Source: an uncultured virus (IMG/VR IMGVR_UViG_3300030099_006786)
Lineage: Duplodnaviria; Heunggongvirae; Uroviricota; Caudoviricetes
Reading direction: 5' to 3' (one strand)
DNA: 64,000 bases
Virus record (IMG/VR): IMGVR_UViG_3300030099_006786
This document shows, one piece after another, positions 1 to 8,396 of this stretch. The first letter of the stretch is position 1. Each line of letters starts with the position of its first letter. Below the pieces are notes generated by a model, which saw only the letters and a list, made by a program, of their open reading frames with translations, was not told the DNA's origin and did not search any database. A program made the translations under genes and the position numbers.

Positions 1-397
1 TCTGCAATAAATTTACAGACTTCATCATAGCTTCTTTAAGCTTTTGCTTACGACAAAACTCTAATGCAGTTTCTTTAATGTAATCAACTTCATCAATTTC
101 TTTCGAATGTATTTTTGCATAGTAGTCACGAACTTGTTTTTGAATTACTTCATCTTCTCTATCTAATTGAGTTCGGATGATAGATATAATTGCTTCAGCA
201 GAAGGATGCTTGTCGTATTTAATTCTATATTCAATAATTTTGCTAGCAAAAACTCTCAAGTATTCAAGATCTAAAAAATTAATGTCCAAGACTTCAGTAA
301 TCTGATCGGCAAATGGCCTGTCTTCAAACATTAATTGTACAAGACCTTCTTGGAAGGATTTTCCATACCTTCCAAAGTCTACTTTTTCTGCTAACAT
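1..397 (-). CDS. Replicative helicase (T4 gp41/DnaB-like), N-terminal part; runs off the window's left edge
   Basis: Not in the ORF track. Manual translation from ATG at 397 is open to position 1 (MLAEKVDFGRYGKSFQEGLVQLMFEDRPFADQITEVL...ETALEFCRKQKLKEAMMKSV). It resembles the gp41 N-terminal domain, lies in the replication cluster and has its own promoter. Confidence 0.7.
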   Translation of the reverse strand, partial: MLAEKVDFGRYGKSFQEGLVQLMFEDRPFADQITEVLDINFLDLEYLRVFASKIIEYRIKYDKHPSAEAIISIIRTQLDREDEVIQKQVRDYYAKIHSKEIDEVDYIKETALEFCRKQKLKEAMMKSVNLLQ

Positions 398-419
398 AAG
401 TTCTCTCTTTTGCTATACA

Positions 420-447
420 ATTATAGCACATTTTTTACACAAGTCAA
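420..447 (-). promoter_or_regulatory. sigma70-like promoter of the helicase gene
   Basis: TTGACT (447-442), 16 nt spacer ending in TGc, TATAAT (425-420). Confidence 0.7.
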
Positions 448-541
448 ACAAAATATCTATATTTTGTAGTCCGACTTTGTGGTTCTTGGTGCGGTAGTAT
501 TAAGTAGTAGCCAACATATTCGTTTGCTTACTAAAATAAAA

Positions 542-1528
542 TTAATCCTGCTGCCCAATACATTCTAGGCTGATTTTGTTAAGGGAGGCCTTCAAATCTT
601 CCCAATTTAGCTCCCCAAAACCGTCCTCGATCATCAGCCTTAGTATTTCAGTTTTGTTAAAAGTACATTCAAACTCAGTAATAGCATAATCAACTTTTTG
701 TTTTGCTTGCACTGACATTTGTGGAGCGTAAAGCTGCATCATATTGTAATTGTGTTCAACAACTTCTCTCGCTTCCACAACATTTGAATAAAATTTTTGC
801 TTTTGTTCAGTTTCGTTACAATAATCAATGACATCATCAATAGAAGCTGTCCTGCTTTCTTTAAGAAATGGTAATCTTTTTGCGATCGTGGCAAGACCAG
901 CGCCCCTAACGCCTTTTAAATTATCACTAGCATCACCAGCAATTGCTCTGGCTAGTGCCATGTTGGTAGGATGGATGCCAATGTTCTCTGAAATGGTATT
1001 CATGCTCATAATTTCTTTCTTTGTGGGTCTAAACAATATTGTTTCGCCATCACACAATTGCATAAAGTCCTTATCGTTAGATACAATTACCTTTTGCCAG
1101 CCTGAATAATTCTCCATACTGGTTATATATGAGATTACATCATCTGCTTCAATCTCAGGCAGCATCACTTGGATGATTGGCATTTCATTGATATATTCTA
1201 TAAGTCTTGATTGTTGCCAAACCTTGTTTTGCATTTCTTGATCGTCGGTCAAGTTGTGAAATGCCCTGTTAAGACGAATCGGTTTACGGCCAGCTTTGTA
1301 GTTGCTGTCCATGCTTTTTCGCTTACGTGATCCGTTGGGGCCATCCCAAACAATAACAATTTCTTCAGGTCTTGTATCTCTAACAAGCTTTTGTAGAATC
1401 TTGATAAAGCCCTTTAGTCCACCAATGGGCTGTCCATTGGCAGAAATAGATGGGTCAACAATATATGCTCTTAGGTAAGCATTTAATGCATCAATAATCA
1501 GAACTCTTTTTTTATTATCTGGTGTCAT
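542..1528 (-). CDS. 5'-3' exonuclease / flap endonuclease (Pol I N-terminal, T4 RNase H-like)
   Basis: Motifs LIIDALN, IVWDG, YKAGR, EADDVI, VSNDKDFMQL, GDASDNLKGVRGAG (helix-3-turn-helix). Confidence 0.92.
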   Translation of the reverse strand: MTPDNKKRVLIIDALNAYLRAYIVDPSISANGQPIGGLKGFIKILQKLVRDTRPEEIVIVWDGPNGSRKRKSMDSNYKAGRKPIRLNRAFHNLTDDQEMQNKVWQQSRLIEYINEMPIIQVMLPEIEADDVISYITSMENYSGWQKVIVSNDKDFMQLCDGETILFRPTKKEIMSMNTISENIGIHPTNMALARAIAGDASDNLKGVRGAGLATIAKRLPFLKESRTASIDDVIDYCNETEQKQKFYSNVVEAREVVEHNYNMMQLYAPQMSVQAKQKVDYAITEFECTFNKTEILRLMIEDGFGELNWEDLKASLNKISLECIGQQD

Positions 1529-1539
1529 ATTATCCTCGA

Positions 1540-2685
1540 TTATGCAGTAACTGGTACGGTGAGATCTTCAGGATCTTCATAGAAGTTTTTAGCATCACCT
1601 TGTCTCATGTCGAACTTCTGAATAATTTCCTCATCCATAATTGAAATTACCTTTTGTTTAAACTCTTCATCTGATTGCACAAGGTCAGTCCATTTGGATG
1701 GTTGAAATTTCTTTGTGTATCCGTCAGGTGTTGCCAAAGTATACCACGCCCCAGCGCTTGTTAGCGATGGCGAACCCTTAATTGCATCAAACCAAGATTC
1801 TTCATCGCGAATACCAACTTCATTGCCCCATAGAATTCTAAAAGCACAGGATCTACCTTGCGTACCAAAACGTGATTTTTCTAGCTTTACCTTCACTTCT
1901 GAGCCAATTCTAAAGCCTTTCTCATCCTCGATATAGGCTGACTTAGCTTTGCGGCCTGTAAGCCAAATACGAAGCGAATAAGAATAATGCATCGCTTTAC
2001 CACCGGGAGTAATATATGGTGTGGTCATGGCAATTTGACGAGCCATAGGTCCCTGTGGAATATTTGTTTTCAATTGATTAAGCACAAGTAGCGTTGCTTG
2101 CTTATCAGCAATTGGAATTACAAGTTTAGACATGCCCTTTGCAAGAATACGAGCCTTCATTGCCATGGTTGACTGTGGATTAAAGTCACCTTCAACATCG
2201 GATACAGATGGCGTGAGCGCCAAAGAGTCCCAGATGAATACCATCTGCTCATCAGTTGCACCTAATAATTCTTCAATTGTTTCAAGCACAAACTCAACTG
2301 ACGACGCCTGAATATACATAAGGTTTTCAAGGTCACAGCCTGCTTGCTCAAGAAAAGACGGGTCAATTGCAGACTCAGAATCAAAGTATACAATTAGCTT
2401 ACCTGTCTTTTGTGCATTGGCTGCAATTTGTGCTGCCATATAAGATTTTCCTGTTGCCTCAAGGCCTGCAATTTCAGTTACCTTCCCAACAGGAATACCT
2501 GCTCTTTGACCTTTGCAAATAATTGAATCCAGCCACCTTGAGCCAGTGGGAATCCATTCTTTAACTTCGGTCGGATTTTCACCTGTTAGATCATGCGCAA
2601 CAGGACGCCCAGCTTTTTTATTAACAAGCTTCATTAAATCTTGCAGACCAACACGGCCCGCTTTCACGGCTTTCTTTCTCGCCAT
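1540..2685 (-). CDS. recA: RecA/UvsX-like recombinase
   Basis: IPTGSRWLD, Walker A GLEATGKS, YFDSESA, Walker B FIWDS, LNQL, TPGGKAM, KSRFG. Confidence 0.95.
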   Translation of the reverse strand: MARKKAVKAGRVGLQDLMKLVNKKAGRPVAHDLTGENPTEVKEWIPTGSRWLDSIICKGQRAGIPVGKVTEIAGLEATGKSYMAAQIAANAQKTGKLIVYFDSESAIDPSFLEQAGCDLENLMYIQASSVEFVLETIEELLGATDEQMVFIWDSLALTPSVSDVEGDFNPQSTMAMKARILAKGMSKLVIPIADKQATLLVLNQLKTNIPQGPMARQIAMTTPYITPGGKAMHYSYSLRIWLTGRKAKSAYIEDEKGFRIGSEVKVKLEKSRFGTQGRSCAFRILWGNEVGIRDEESWFDAIKGSPSLTSAGAWYTLATPDGYTKKFQPSKWTDLVQSDEEFKQKVISIMDEEIIQKFDMRQGDAKNFYEDPEDLTVPVTA

Positions 2686-2710
2686 TTACCCTCCTAATAG
2701 TGGTATTCAT

Positions 2711-2739
2711 ATAATAACATTGTACACTGCAATTGTCAA
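2711..2739 (-). promoter_or_regulatory. sigma70-like promoter of recA
   Basis: TTGACA (2739-2734), 17 nt spacer, TATTAT (2716-2711) with extended TG; SD AGGAGG follows. Confidence 0.75.
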
Positions 2740-2742
2740 GCA

Positions 2743-3849
2743 AGAACGATCGTTTTTATAAAGGTAAGTGTTTTGATGCGACAACAACTTGCAGATCGCG
2801 ACCTGTACCTCGGACGTTATCAACGGTTCTCGCAAAGGTTTCGCCACCATTAGAACTCTCGTAGATATCCCCGCCTTCTCCCACAATCATCCATGTGAAA
2901 CCATCTGTGGCAATATCACGTATTTCAATGCCGGGGCTGAATGTTGGGTTTAATAAATTACTTGTTGTTGTGCCGCTAATATCAAGTGTAGCAATTGCTT
3001 CAATTTTGTTAGAGACAATAACCACCCTACCATTTGCAGCAGCTATGCTGGCTCTTTTATCGGGCGTATTAACGTTATCCTTATTTGCAGGCTTTTGAAT
3101 GCCTAAATTACGCTCGGCACTCCAAGTGGTGAGATCGGAGTCGGCCGCTGATCTGGCAAACAAATTAGTCTCTCCGGTTTTAGTATATGTCACAACCCAT
3201 GTTGCACCAGTATAAGCTACGCCATTTATTTGCTCGGCGGTGAAAGGTGTTGAAGAAGAGAATGATGCGCCATCATCAGTGCTAATTAATAATCTGCCTT
3301 CTTGTCCTGTCACAAATTTTCCACTGCCATTACCTGCTATTGATAAAATTGGATCACCACTGTCATTTGGCAAAGTAATTTCACTAAAAGATGAAGCGCC
3401 ATCGGTACTGCGATAAACATGCCCGTTTCGTCGTCCAACCATCCATACACCCGATGTAGAGTTTGTTGAATCATTAGACCACGTTACGGCATCACAAAAT
3501 TGTTGGCCACCTCCCACCAAATTAAGCCCAGTCCACTGAACACCATCGGTGATATCATCAGAACTAATTGCAAGCTCGCCCGGTGTTTCACTAGAAGATT
3601 GCGAAAAAACATATATACCATTCCCATTGCCATCTTTTCCATAAGCACCGTCGAGTGATGCTGAATTACCGGGGCTTTTATCATAAAATGTCCACGAGGC
3701 TCTATTGGTGTTGGCTGCATAGCCAATGTCACCCGTGCCAGAAGCCTCTCCAATAACCCAGTAATCAGCTGTAGGCCTAGGTGCAGGAAGGGTAAATTTA
3801 TATGTCATAATTCATGTTCTCCATAATCTTATATAATTAGAACGATCGT
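2743..3849. repeat. 11 bp direct repeat AGAACGATCGT at 2743-2753 and 3839-3849 flanking the beta-propeller gene
   Basis: Two exact copies read directly; both contain the palindrome ACGATCGT. Confidence 0.7.
2756..3808 (-). CDS. BNR/Asp-box beta-propeller protein (sialidase-like fold), possibly virion-associated
   Basis: Asp-box motifs YRSTDGASSF, LISTDDGASF, YESSNGGETF; rich in Gly/Ser/Thr/Trp. Confidence 0.7.
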   Translation of the reverse strand: MTYKFTLPAPRPTADYWVIGEASGTGDIGYAANTNRASWTFYDKSPGNSASLDGAYGKDGNGNGIYVFSQSSSETPGELAISSDDITDGVQWTGLNLVGGGQQFCDAVTWSNDSTNSTSGVWMVGRRNGHVYRSTDGASSFSEITLPNDSGDPILSIAGNGSGKFVTGQEGRLLISTDDGASFSSSTPFTAEQINGVAYTGATWVVTYTKTGETNLFARSAADSDLTTWSAERNLGIQKPANKDNVNTPDKRASIAAANGRVVIVSNKIEAIATLDISGTTTSNLLNPTFSPGIEIRDIATDGFTWMIVGEGGDIYESSNGGETFARTVDNVRGTGRDLQVVVASKHLPL

Positions 3850-3865
3850 CATTCAAAATAGGTAT

Positions 3866-3898
3866 AAAAAGCGGCAGACTTTTCACCGGTCTGCCAGC
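3866..3898 (-). terminator. Rho-independent terminator
   Basis: Stem GGCAGAC/GTCTGCC followed by GCTTTTT on the minus strand. Confidence 0.75.
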
Positions 3899-3906
3899 GG
3901 CTTTAA

Positions 3907-4170
3907 TCACTCTGAAATTGTTTCAGTAGTGGTTGTTGTCTCAGTTGAATTACCTGTGTTTTCATTGGTTGTGGTAGTAGTTTCAGAAACTTCGACTGTA
4001 TTTGTGGTTGCCTCAACCTCAACTGTTTCGGTGACAGTGCTAGCTTCACTAACTTCAGCCACCGGTGGCTCAACGGTACAAGTTCCGTAAGTAGTCGCTA
4101 CAACAAGTGCTCCAGCAACAAAACTAACTTGAACCTTCCATCGAGCTAGTTGTGATTTTAACCATTCCAT
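3907..4170 (-). CDS. Small membrane-anchored protein with Thr/Glu-rich tail
   Basis: Start moved to ATG 4170 (SD AAGGAG). Hydrophobic segment VQVSFVAGALVVATTYGTC, then low-complexity T/E tail. Confidence 0.65.
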   Translation of the reverse strand: MEWLKSQLARWKVQVSFVAGALVVATTYGTCTVEPPVAEVSEASTVTETVEVEATTNTVEVSETTTTTNENTGNSTETTTTTETISE

Positions 4171-4233
4171 AACATTCTCCTTTTCCGTATAGAATATAGT
4201 GGCACCCAATTTTGCCGGGGTGCCATCGGCCTA

Positions 4234-5004
4234 CTAAGTTCCAGTCATCAAGTCATTAAATGCCTTGTCAACATCGCTGGCACCATTAGCATAATGAGTG
4301 CTCTCAGATGAGCGCTCTTCTGCAGAAGCCGAACCAGCCATTTGTTCGTCTAAGATAGCGTCAATTTGCTCTGGGGTGAGGCGTTCAAACAAGCTATCAA
4401 AGTCAGGCATGTTATCTAACATTCCGGGGATAGACTCTTGGTCTTCCAAGAGTGGCGATGTATTTCGGCGCATTTTTAAATTAGTCTGCGGGTATGCCCC
4501 GGGACGATTTGGCTTAGTATACGTTAGCGTGATATCTGTACCTTCCTTAATGTCGGTAATGTCGCCATACTCAGGGTCAAGAATATAGCCAAGCAGAAGC
4601 TCGTAAGCTTGCTTGCCATAGCCATATACCTTAATTCCATCAGCTTCATTGCCGCGCAATACGACTGGCGAGAAGTATCGGGTACGCACAAAAAGTGACT
4701 TTGCCAGCTTTTTGCTTTCCTCATCATTGTTGTCAACACCCTCGCGCCAAAGCGTTGAAGCGAAGTCACAAATTGGACAGCGCTCATTAAAATTACGCTT
4801 TGAGCACATGATACCACCCTTATGATCTCCCACGTTATAGTGGAAGAAAAACTCTTTCAACGGATCGCCATCGCTCGTTGGTACGATCCGAATATCTTGG
4901 TCACCTTCATCTGGCTTAAACCAGATAGACGGGCCATCATTTCCATTTCCATCGCCACGAAGTGCGGCGAGCTTCTTTCTCATTAGTTCCATATTAATAG
5001 ACAT
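4234..5004 (-). CDS. Single-stranded DNA-binding protein (T4 gp32-like)
   Basis: WFKP...IRIVP, H...C...CPIC zinc ligands, RYFSPV, YGYGK, YGDITDIKEGTDITL, acidic C-terminus (DVDKAFNDLM). Confidence 0.88.
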   Translation of the reverse strand: MSINMELMRKKLAALRGDGNGNDGPSIWFKPDEGDQDIRIVPTSDGDPLKEFFFHYNVGDHKGGIMCSKRNFNERCPICDFASTLWREGVDNNDEESKKLAKSLFVRTRYFSPVVLRGNEADGIKVYGYGKQAYELLLGYILDPEYGDITDIKEGTDITLTYTKPNRPGAYPQTNLKMRRNTSPLLEDQESIPGMLDNMPDFDSLFERLTPEQIDAILDEQMAGSASAEERSSESTHYANGASDVDKAFNDLMTGT

Positions 5005-5055
5005 ATTTTTCTCCTTTTTTTGTTAATAAAGTATATCAAGCGTTCCTTGACATCT

Positions 5056-5084
5056 AATGTATCACTCTTGATCTACCTTGTCAA
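5056..5084 (-). promoter_or_regulatory. sigma70-like promoter of the SSB gene, inside the 3' end of the upstream gene
   Basis: TTGACA (5084-5079), 17 nt spacer, TG-n-TACATT (5061-5056). Confidence 0.65.
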
Positions 5085-5922
5085 GAGTTTTTTGAATTGC
5101 GTTAGTGTGGGCAACGCAGAACCCAAAATCTTCATCGTATGGAGATTCGTAAATCGCATACGTTATATTTTTAAAAGCATTTTTCGGTTTTTGTTTTAAC
5201 TTTTCGATAATTCTTTGATGTAATCCGCCATCCTTTTCTAGTTTTTCCTGAGATATGCAGAAATAATAACACACGTCCCGGCTCATGTCAAGATCAAAAA
5301 ACCATTTTTCTTCAACTTTGTTGGTGTCAAGTCTACCTAGAGAGCGTATTCTTTGTACGTCAGAAGGCTTACTTAGGTTGCCAATAATAGGCTGTGTGTG
5401 GTCAAACAAATTCTTGTAATGCACACTATAATAAATAGTCTGGTTAATAGTTTCAAAGTATTTTTTAATTGGTACATTTCCTATTGTTTCTTCTAAGATC
5501 GGATTACTGAAAATTGTTATTGAGTTAATCAAACCCGAACGTGCATATTCCTGTAAGATACCAAAAACTGCTCTTTCCTGAAGTCGAGAATCACCTATTA
5601 ATAATTCAGTATCTGGTCTAATATAGAATAAATCTATTTTAGTGTGTTTAATTTGTTCTAAAATCCCCAGTGTCATCACTGCGCTTTTGCTAGAGCCACA
5701 AACAAATGCCTGCACATTGTTGCTAATTCCTTTGAAGAACTTTGACAGCTTAGGAATGTTTTTTTCGTAATCCTCTATTTCATCATATTTTTTAAGCTTA
5801 TATTGGCCACCAGACGTCTTTGAAAACTGATTAGACAATTGATAAAGTTTGTATTCCTTATTGCCAGCAAACTGACCAACGATATTTGAACCAGCAGTCC
5901 CTATTCCAACTAATGATATCAA
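5062..5922 (-). CDS. Divergent tubulin/FtsZ-fold protein with degenerate GTPase motifs
   Basis: N-terminal T1 loop LVGIGTAGSNI. The GGGTG(S/T)G signature position reads CGSSKSA. T5-like YIRP and T6-like IFSN present. TTG start overlaps the polymerase stop codon. Confidence 0.7.
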   Translation of the reverse strand: MISLVGIGTAGSNIVGQFAGNKEYKLYQLSNQFSKTSGGQYKLKKYDEIEDYEKNIPKLSKFFKGISNNVQAFVCGSSKSAVMTLGILEQIKHTKIDLFYIRPDTELLIGDSRLQERAVFGILQEYARSGLINSITIFSNPILEETIGNVPIKKYFETINQTIYYSVHYKNLFDHTQPIIGNLSKPSDVQRIRSLGRLDTNKVEEKWFFDLDMSRDVCYYFCISQEKLEKDGGLHQRIIEKLKQKPKNAFKNITYAIYESPYDEDFGFCVAHTNAIQKTLDKVDQE

Positions 5923-7106
5923 AGCTTAAGCCCTCGAAGTTCTAAATAATTTTGACCAGCACCCAAATTGCACACAAAATTACCAAGTTTTGTTTTTTCA
6001 AATATTTCTTTAATTTCAGGCACCAATTCCCTATCCTCATTACTCAAATCAATAACAATCTCATCATGAACAATGTGAGATATAAAGCTTTTTTTATCTG
6101 ATAGAAATTTATCGATTTCTATTGCGCGTTCTATTACAATATCCGAAGTTGTACTTTGTATGATGTAGTTAAATGCTCGACGTGCATCAATTTTGATTTT
6201 TCGATCAAATGGCGTATTAATGTAGTCGCCATCATACCAATCGTCAAGTACTTTTTCTCGATTATAATAATTTGTTGATATAATTCTTGACTCTGGATTA
6301 TAAAGCCACGAAAAGAATAGCGTTTTAGCTTCTTCTCTGTAAATATCTGAGCGCTTAATTACATTATCCATATTCCATTCATGAATATCACCGGATGGCT
6401 GTTCTTGGCCACTTAGACCAAGAAGTGTTCTAATTTCTGCACCATTATAATCAAGTGACAAAAACCAATCATTAGTTGGTTTAATAAGTTTTCTATATTC
6501 TTTTTTCATGGTTAAAATTGGAAATGTATCCGGTCTGGTTGTGAACCTACCTGTTGCTGTTCCAAAAATATTATAATCAACATGTGGTGATGTAGCTAAA
6601 ATCTTTTGAACATTGTTGCGATTTATTGAATTAACAAATAAGTGCCTACAATCTTCATTATTAATCAATAAATTTTGAAACTTGATCTTATGGACAAGCT
6701 TGTAAGCAGCGTCTAAGTGATCATAATTTTTGGGTTTTTCAAAATTCTCAAATACATGCCTTGTAATTTTGTTTCTAATCTCACAAAATTCTAATAGGAA
6801 ATCGTGGGGAACAAGATCGAAAAAACAAAAATTTCTCAGATCTACTTTACCAATTTTAAAAGACTTAATAAATGCACGGAATTTTTTTTGAGCCGTGTCT
6901 AATTCTTCTCTAAGATGCTCTGGGCAAACTTCGGCCAATGACTTACCACCACTATATAGCCATGCATATTCGATACTATCGTCGGAAATTGAACCCGTAA
7001 ACTTCCATGTCCTTGTAAGGCCTTCAGGAATATCATCAAAGTTCAACTTACCAGACGTATATACGCCCACACATTCTGTTTTGTCATCTAATGTTTGAAA
7101 ATACAC
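5919..7106 (-). CDS. polA: Compact family A DNA polymerase (palm/fingers), no recognisable 3'-5' exonuclease
   Basis: TATGRFT, motif A SLDYNGAEIR, motif B REEAKTLFFSWLY, AFNYIIQST, motif C IVHDEIV. Confidence 0.88.
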   Translation of the reverse strand: MYFQTLDDKTECVGVYTSGKLNFDDIPEGLTRTWKFTGSISDDSIEYAWLYSGGKSLAEVCPEHLREELDTAQKKFRAFIKSFKIGKVDLRNFCFFDLVPHDFLLEFCEIRNKITRHVFENFEKPKNYDHLDAAYKLVHKIKFQNLLINNEDCRHLFVNSINRNNVQKILATSPHVDYNIFGTATGRFTTRPDTFPILTMKKEYRKLIKPTNDWFLSLDYNGAEIRTLLGLSGQEQPSGDIHEWNMDNVIKRSDIYREEAKTLFFSWLYNPESRIISTNYYNREKVLDDWYDGDYINTPFDRKIKIDARRAFNYIIQSTTSDIVIERAIEIDKFLSDKKSFISHIVHDEIVIDLSNEDRELVPEIKEIFEKTKLGNFVCNLGAGQNYLELRGLKL

Positions 7107-7121
7107 TGGTGCCTCAACTAA

Positions 7122-7150
7122 ATTATATCATTTCTTACGCTGATTGTCAA
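7122..7150 (-). promoter_or_regulatory. Consensus sigma70 promoter of the polA-tubulin operon
   Basis: Perfect TTGACA (7150-7145), 17 nt spacer, TG-a-TATAAT (7127-7122). Confidence 0.85.
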
Positions 7151-8396
7151 GAAAAGTTTTCTTAATATCGTTTAAGGTTCCTTTACCACGGATACCTTTA
7201 AATTTTTCATCAACAATAGAAGAAATTTTGTTATGTCTTTCAAATTTTGTTTGTTTCAATTTTAGAATTTCATTCATTTCTTCTTTTAAAACTTTCATTT
7301 CTCGTTTACCAACAAAATTTTGATTTTGTAAATTTTTCAACTCAATGTATTTTTTTAAAAAATAATCAGTACCATAATTTTGATAAACCTTTGTCTCGTC
7401 AAGTTTTTCTAAATTATATTTTTTAGTTAAAACAATATCACCCCGCTGAAGTGGTCGTGCTGTTAAATTTTTTCTATCAACGTATTGTGCATACGCATTT
7501 AATGTAAAATCAATAAATTCTTGAAAATCATTAGTGTGTGCCATTCTACAATAATTATTAAAAAAATCTGCAGGGCCATTTATGTTGTAATTTGCCATAT
7601 ATTTTCTCATCGTTGGTGAACTTAAGTCTGCTACTAAGCGCCATGGTGCGTTTTTGTCTACTGAAAACCCCACTTTCATCGCCACGTTCAAATAATAATC
7701 GAAATTAGGATTCTGATAAAATAAAAGATCGATTGGGTTATCTTTTGAAAAATCTCCCTCTGCTAATTCAATAACAAGTCCCGAAGCACGAATCGGTATA
7801 AACTTGTTCTTTACCATTTCAGGCTTTGTAAATGGTGTTTCTGACGAGAATTGCTCTACATAAAATAAAAAATTGTTCATAAAAACATGAAAACTGCTAA
7901 GGTTTTGATTAGTGTATTCTTCCATTTCAAAAACAAAATCAATAAATGGCTTATTATAAACTACTTGTCTAGCAGTATTTTTAATATCTTCAAAGCTTGC
8001 ATAGCCTTTATACGGCGTTGGTGTAGAAAGATATGGATCATCTAATAATATTTTACCGTTTTGTCTAGCAGCCTTAAAATATTTTTCCATATCAGAAAAA
8101 GCATCTGCTACAAAATTTACAACAAATATTTGACCTATTTCATTGAATGAGCCAGCTTTTTTTAATATATTGTCGTTTTCACTTGGATCTAACACGACAG
8201 CCATCCCATTCAAATCAATTTTTCCATACATTGAATTTTCAGCAAATCTAAAGTCTTTTATACATTTTGCAAATCTAGAATTTTCTGCATTTAATTCTGA
8301 TCTATTTTTAACTTGAGCGTCAATATTGACTTTAAAATTAAGCCGATTTAAAAACCCTTCAAACGTTCCGAGACTATTTTTTCCTTTAAAACTCAT
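7128..8396 (-). CDS. Hypothetical protein
   Basis: 422 aa ORF abutting the upstream gene; motif GFSVDKNAPWRLVADL; no recognised domain. Confidence 0.7.
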   Translation of the reverse strand: MSFKGKNSLGTFEGFLNRLNFKVNIDAQVKNRSELNAENSRFAKCIKDFRFAENSMYGKIDLNGMAVVLDPSENDNILKKAGSFNEIGQIFVVNFVADAFSDMEKYFKAARQNGKILLDDPYLSTPTPYKGYASFEDIKNTARQVVYNKPFIDFVFEMEEYTNQNLSSFHVFMNNFLFYVEQFSSETPFTKPEMVKNKFIPIRASGLVIELAEGDFSKDNPIDLLFYQNPNFDYYLNVAMKVGFSVDKNAPWRLVADLSSPTMRKYMANYNINGPADFFNNYCRMAHTNDFQEFIDFTLNAYAQYVDRKNLTARPLQRGDIVLTKKYNLEKLDETKVYQNYGTDYFLKKYIELKNLQNQNFVGKREMKVLKEEMNEILKLKQTKFERHNKISSIVDEKFKGIRGKGTLNDIKKTFLDNQRKK

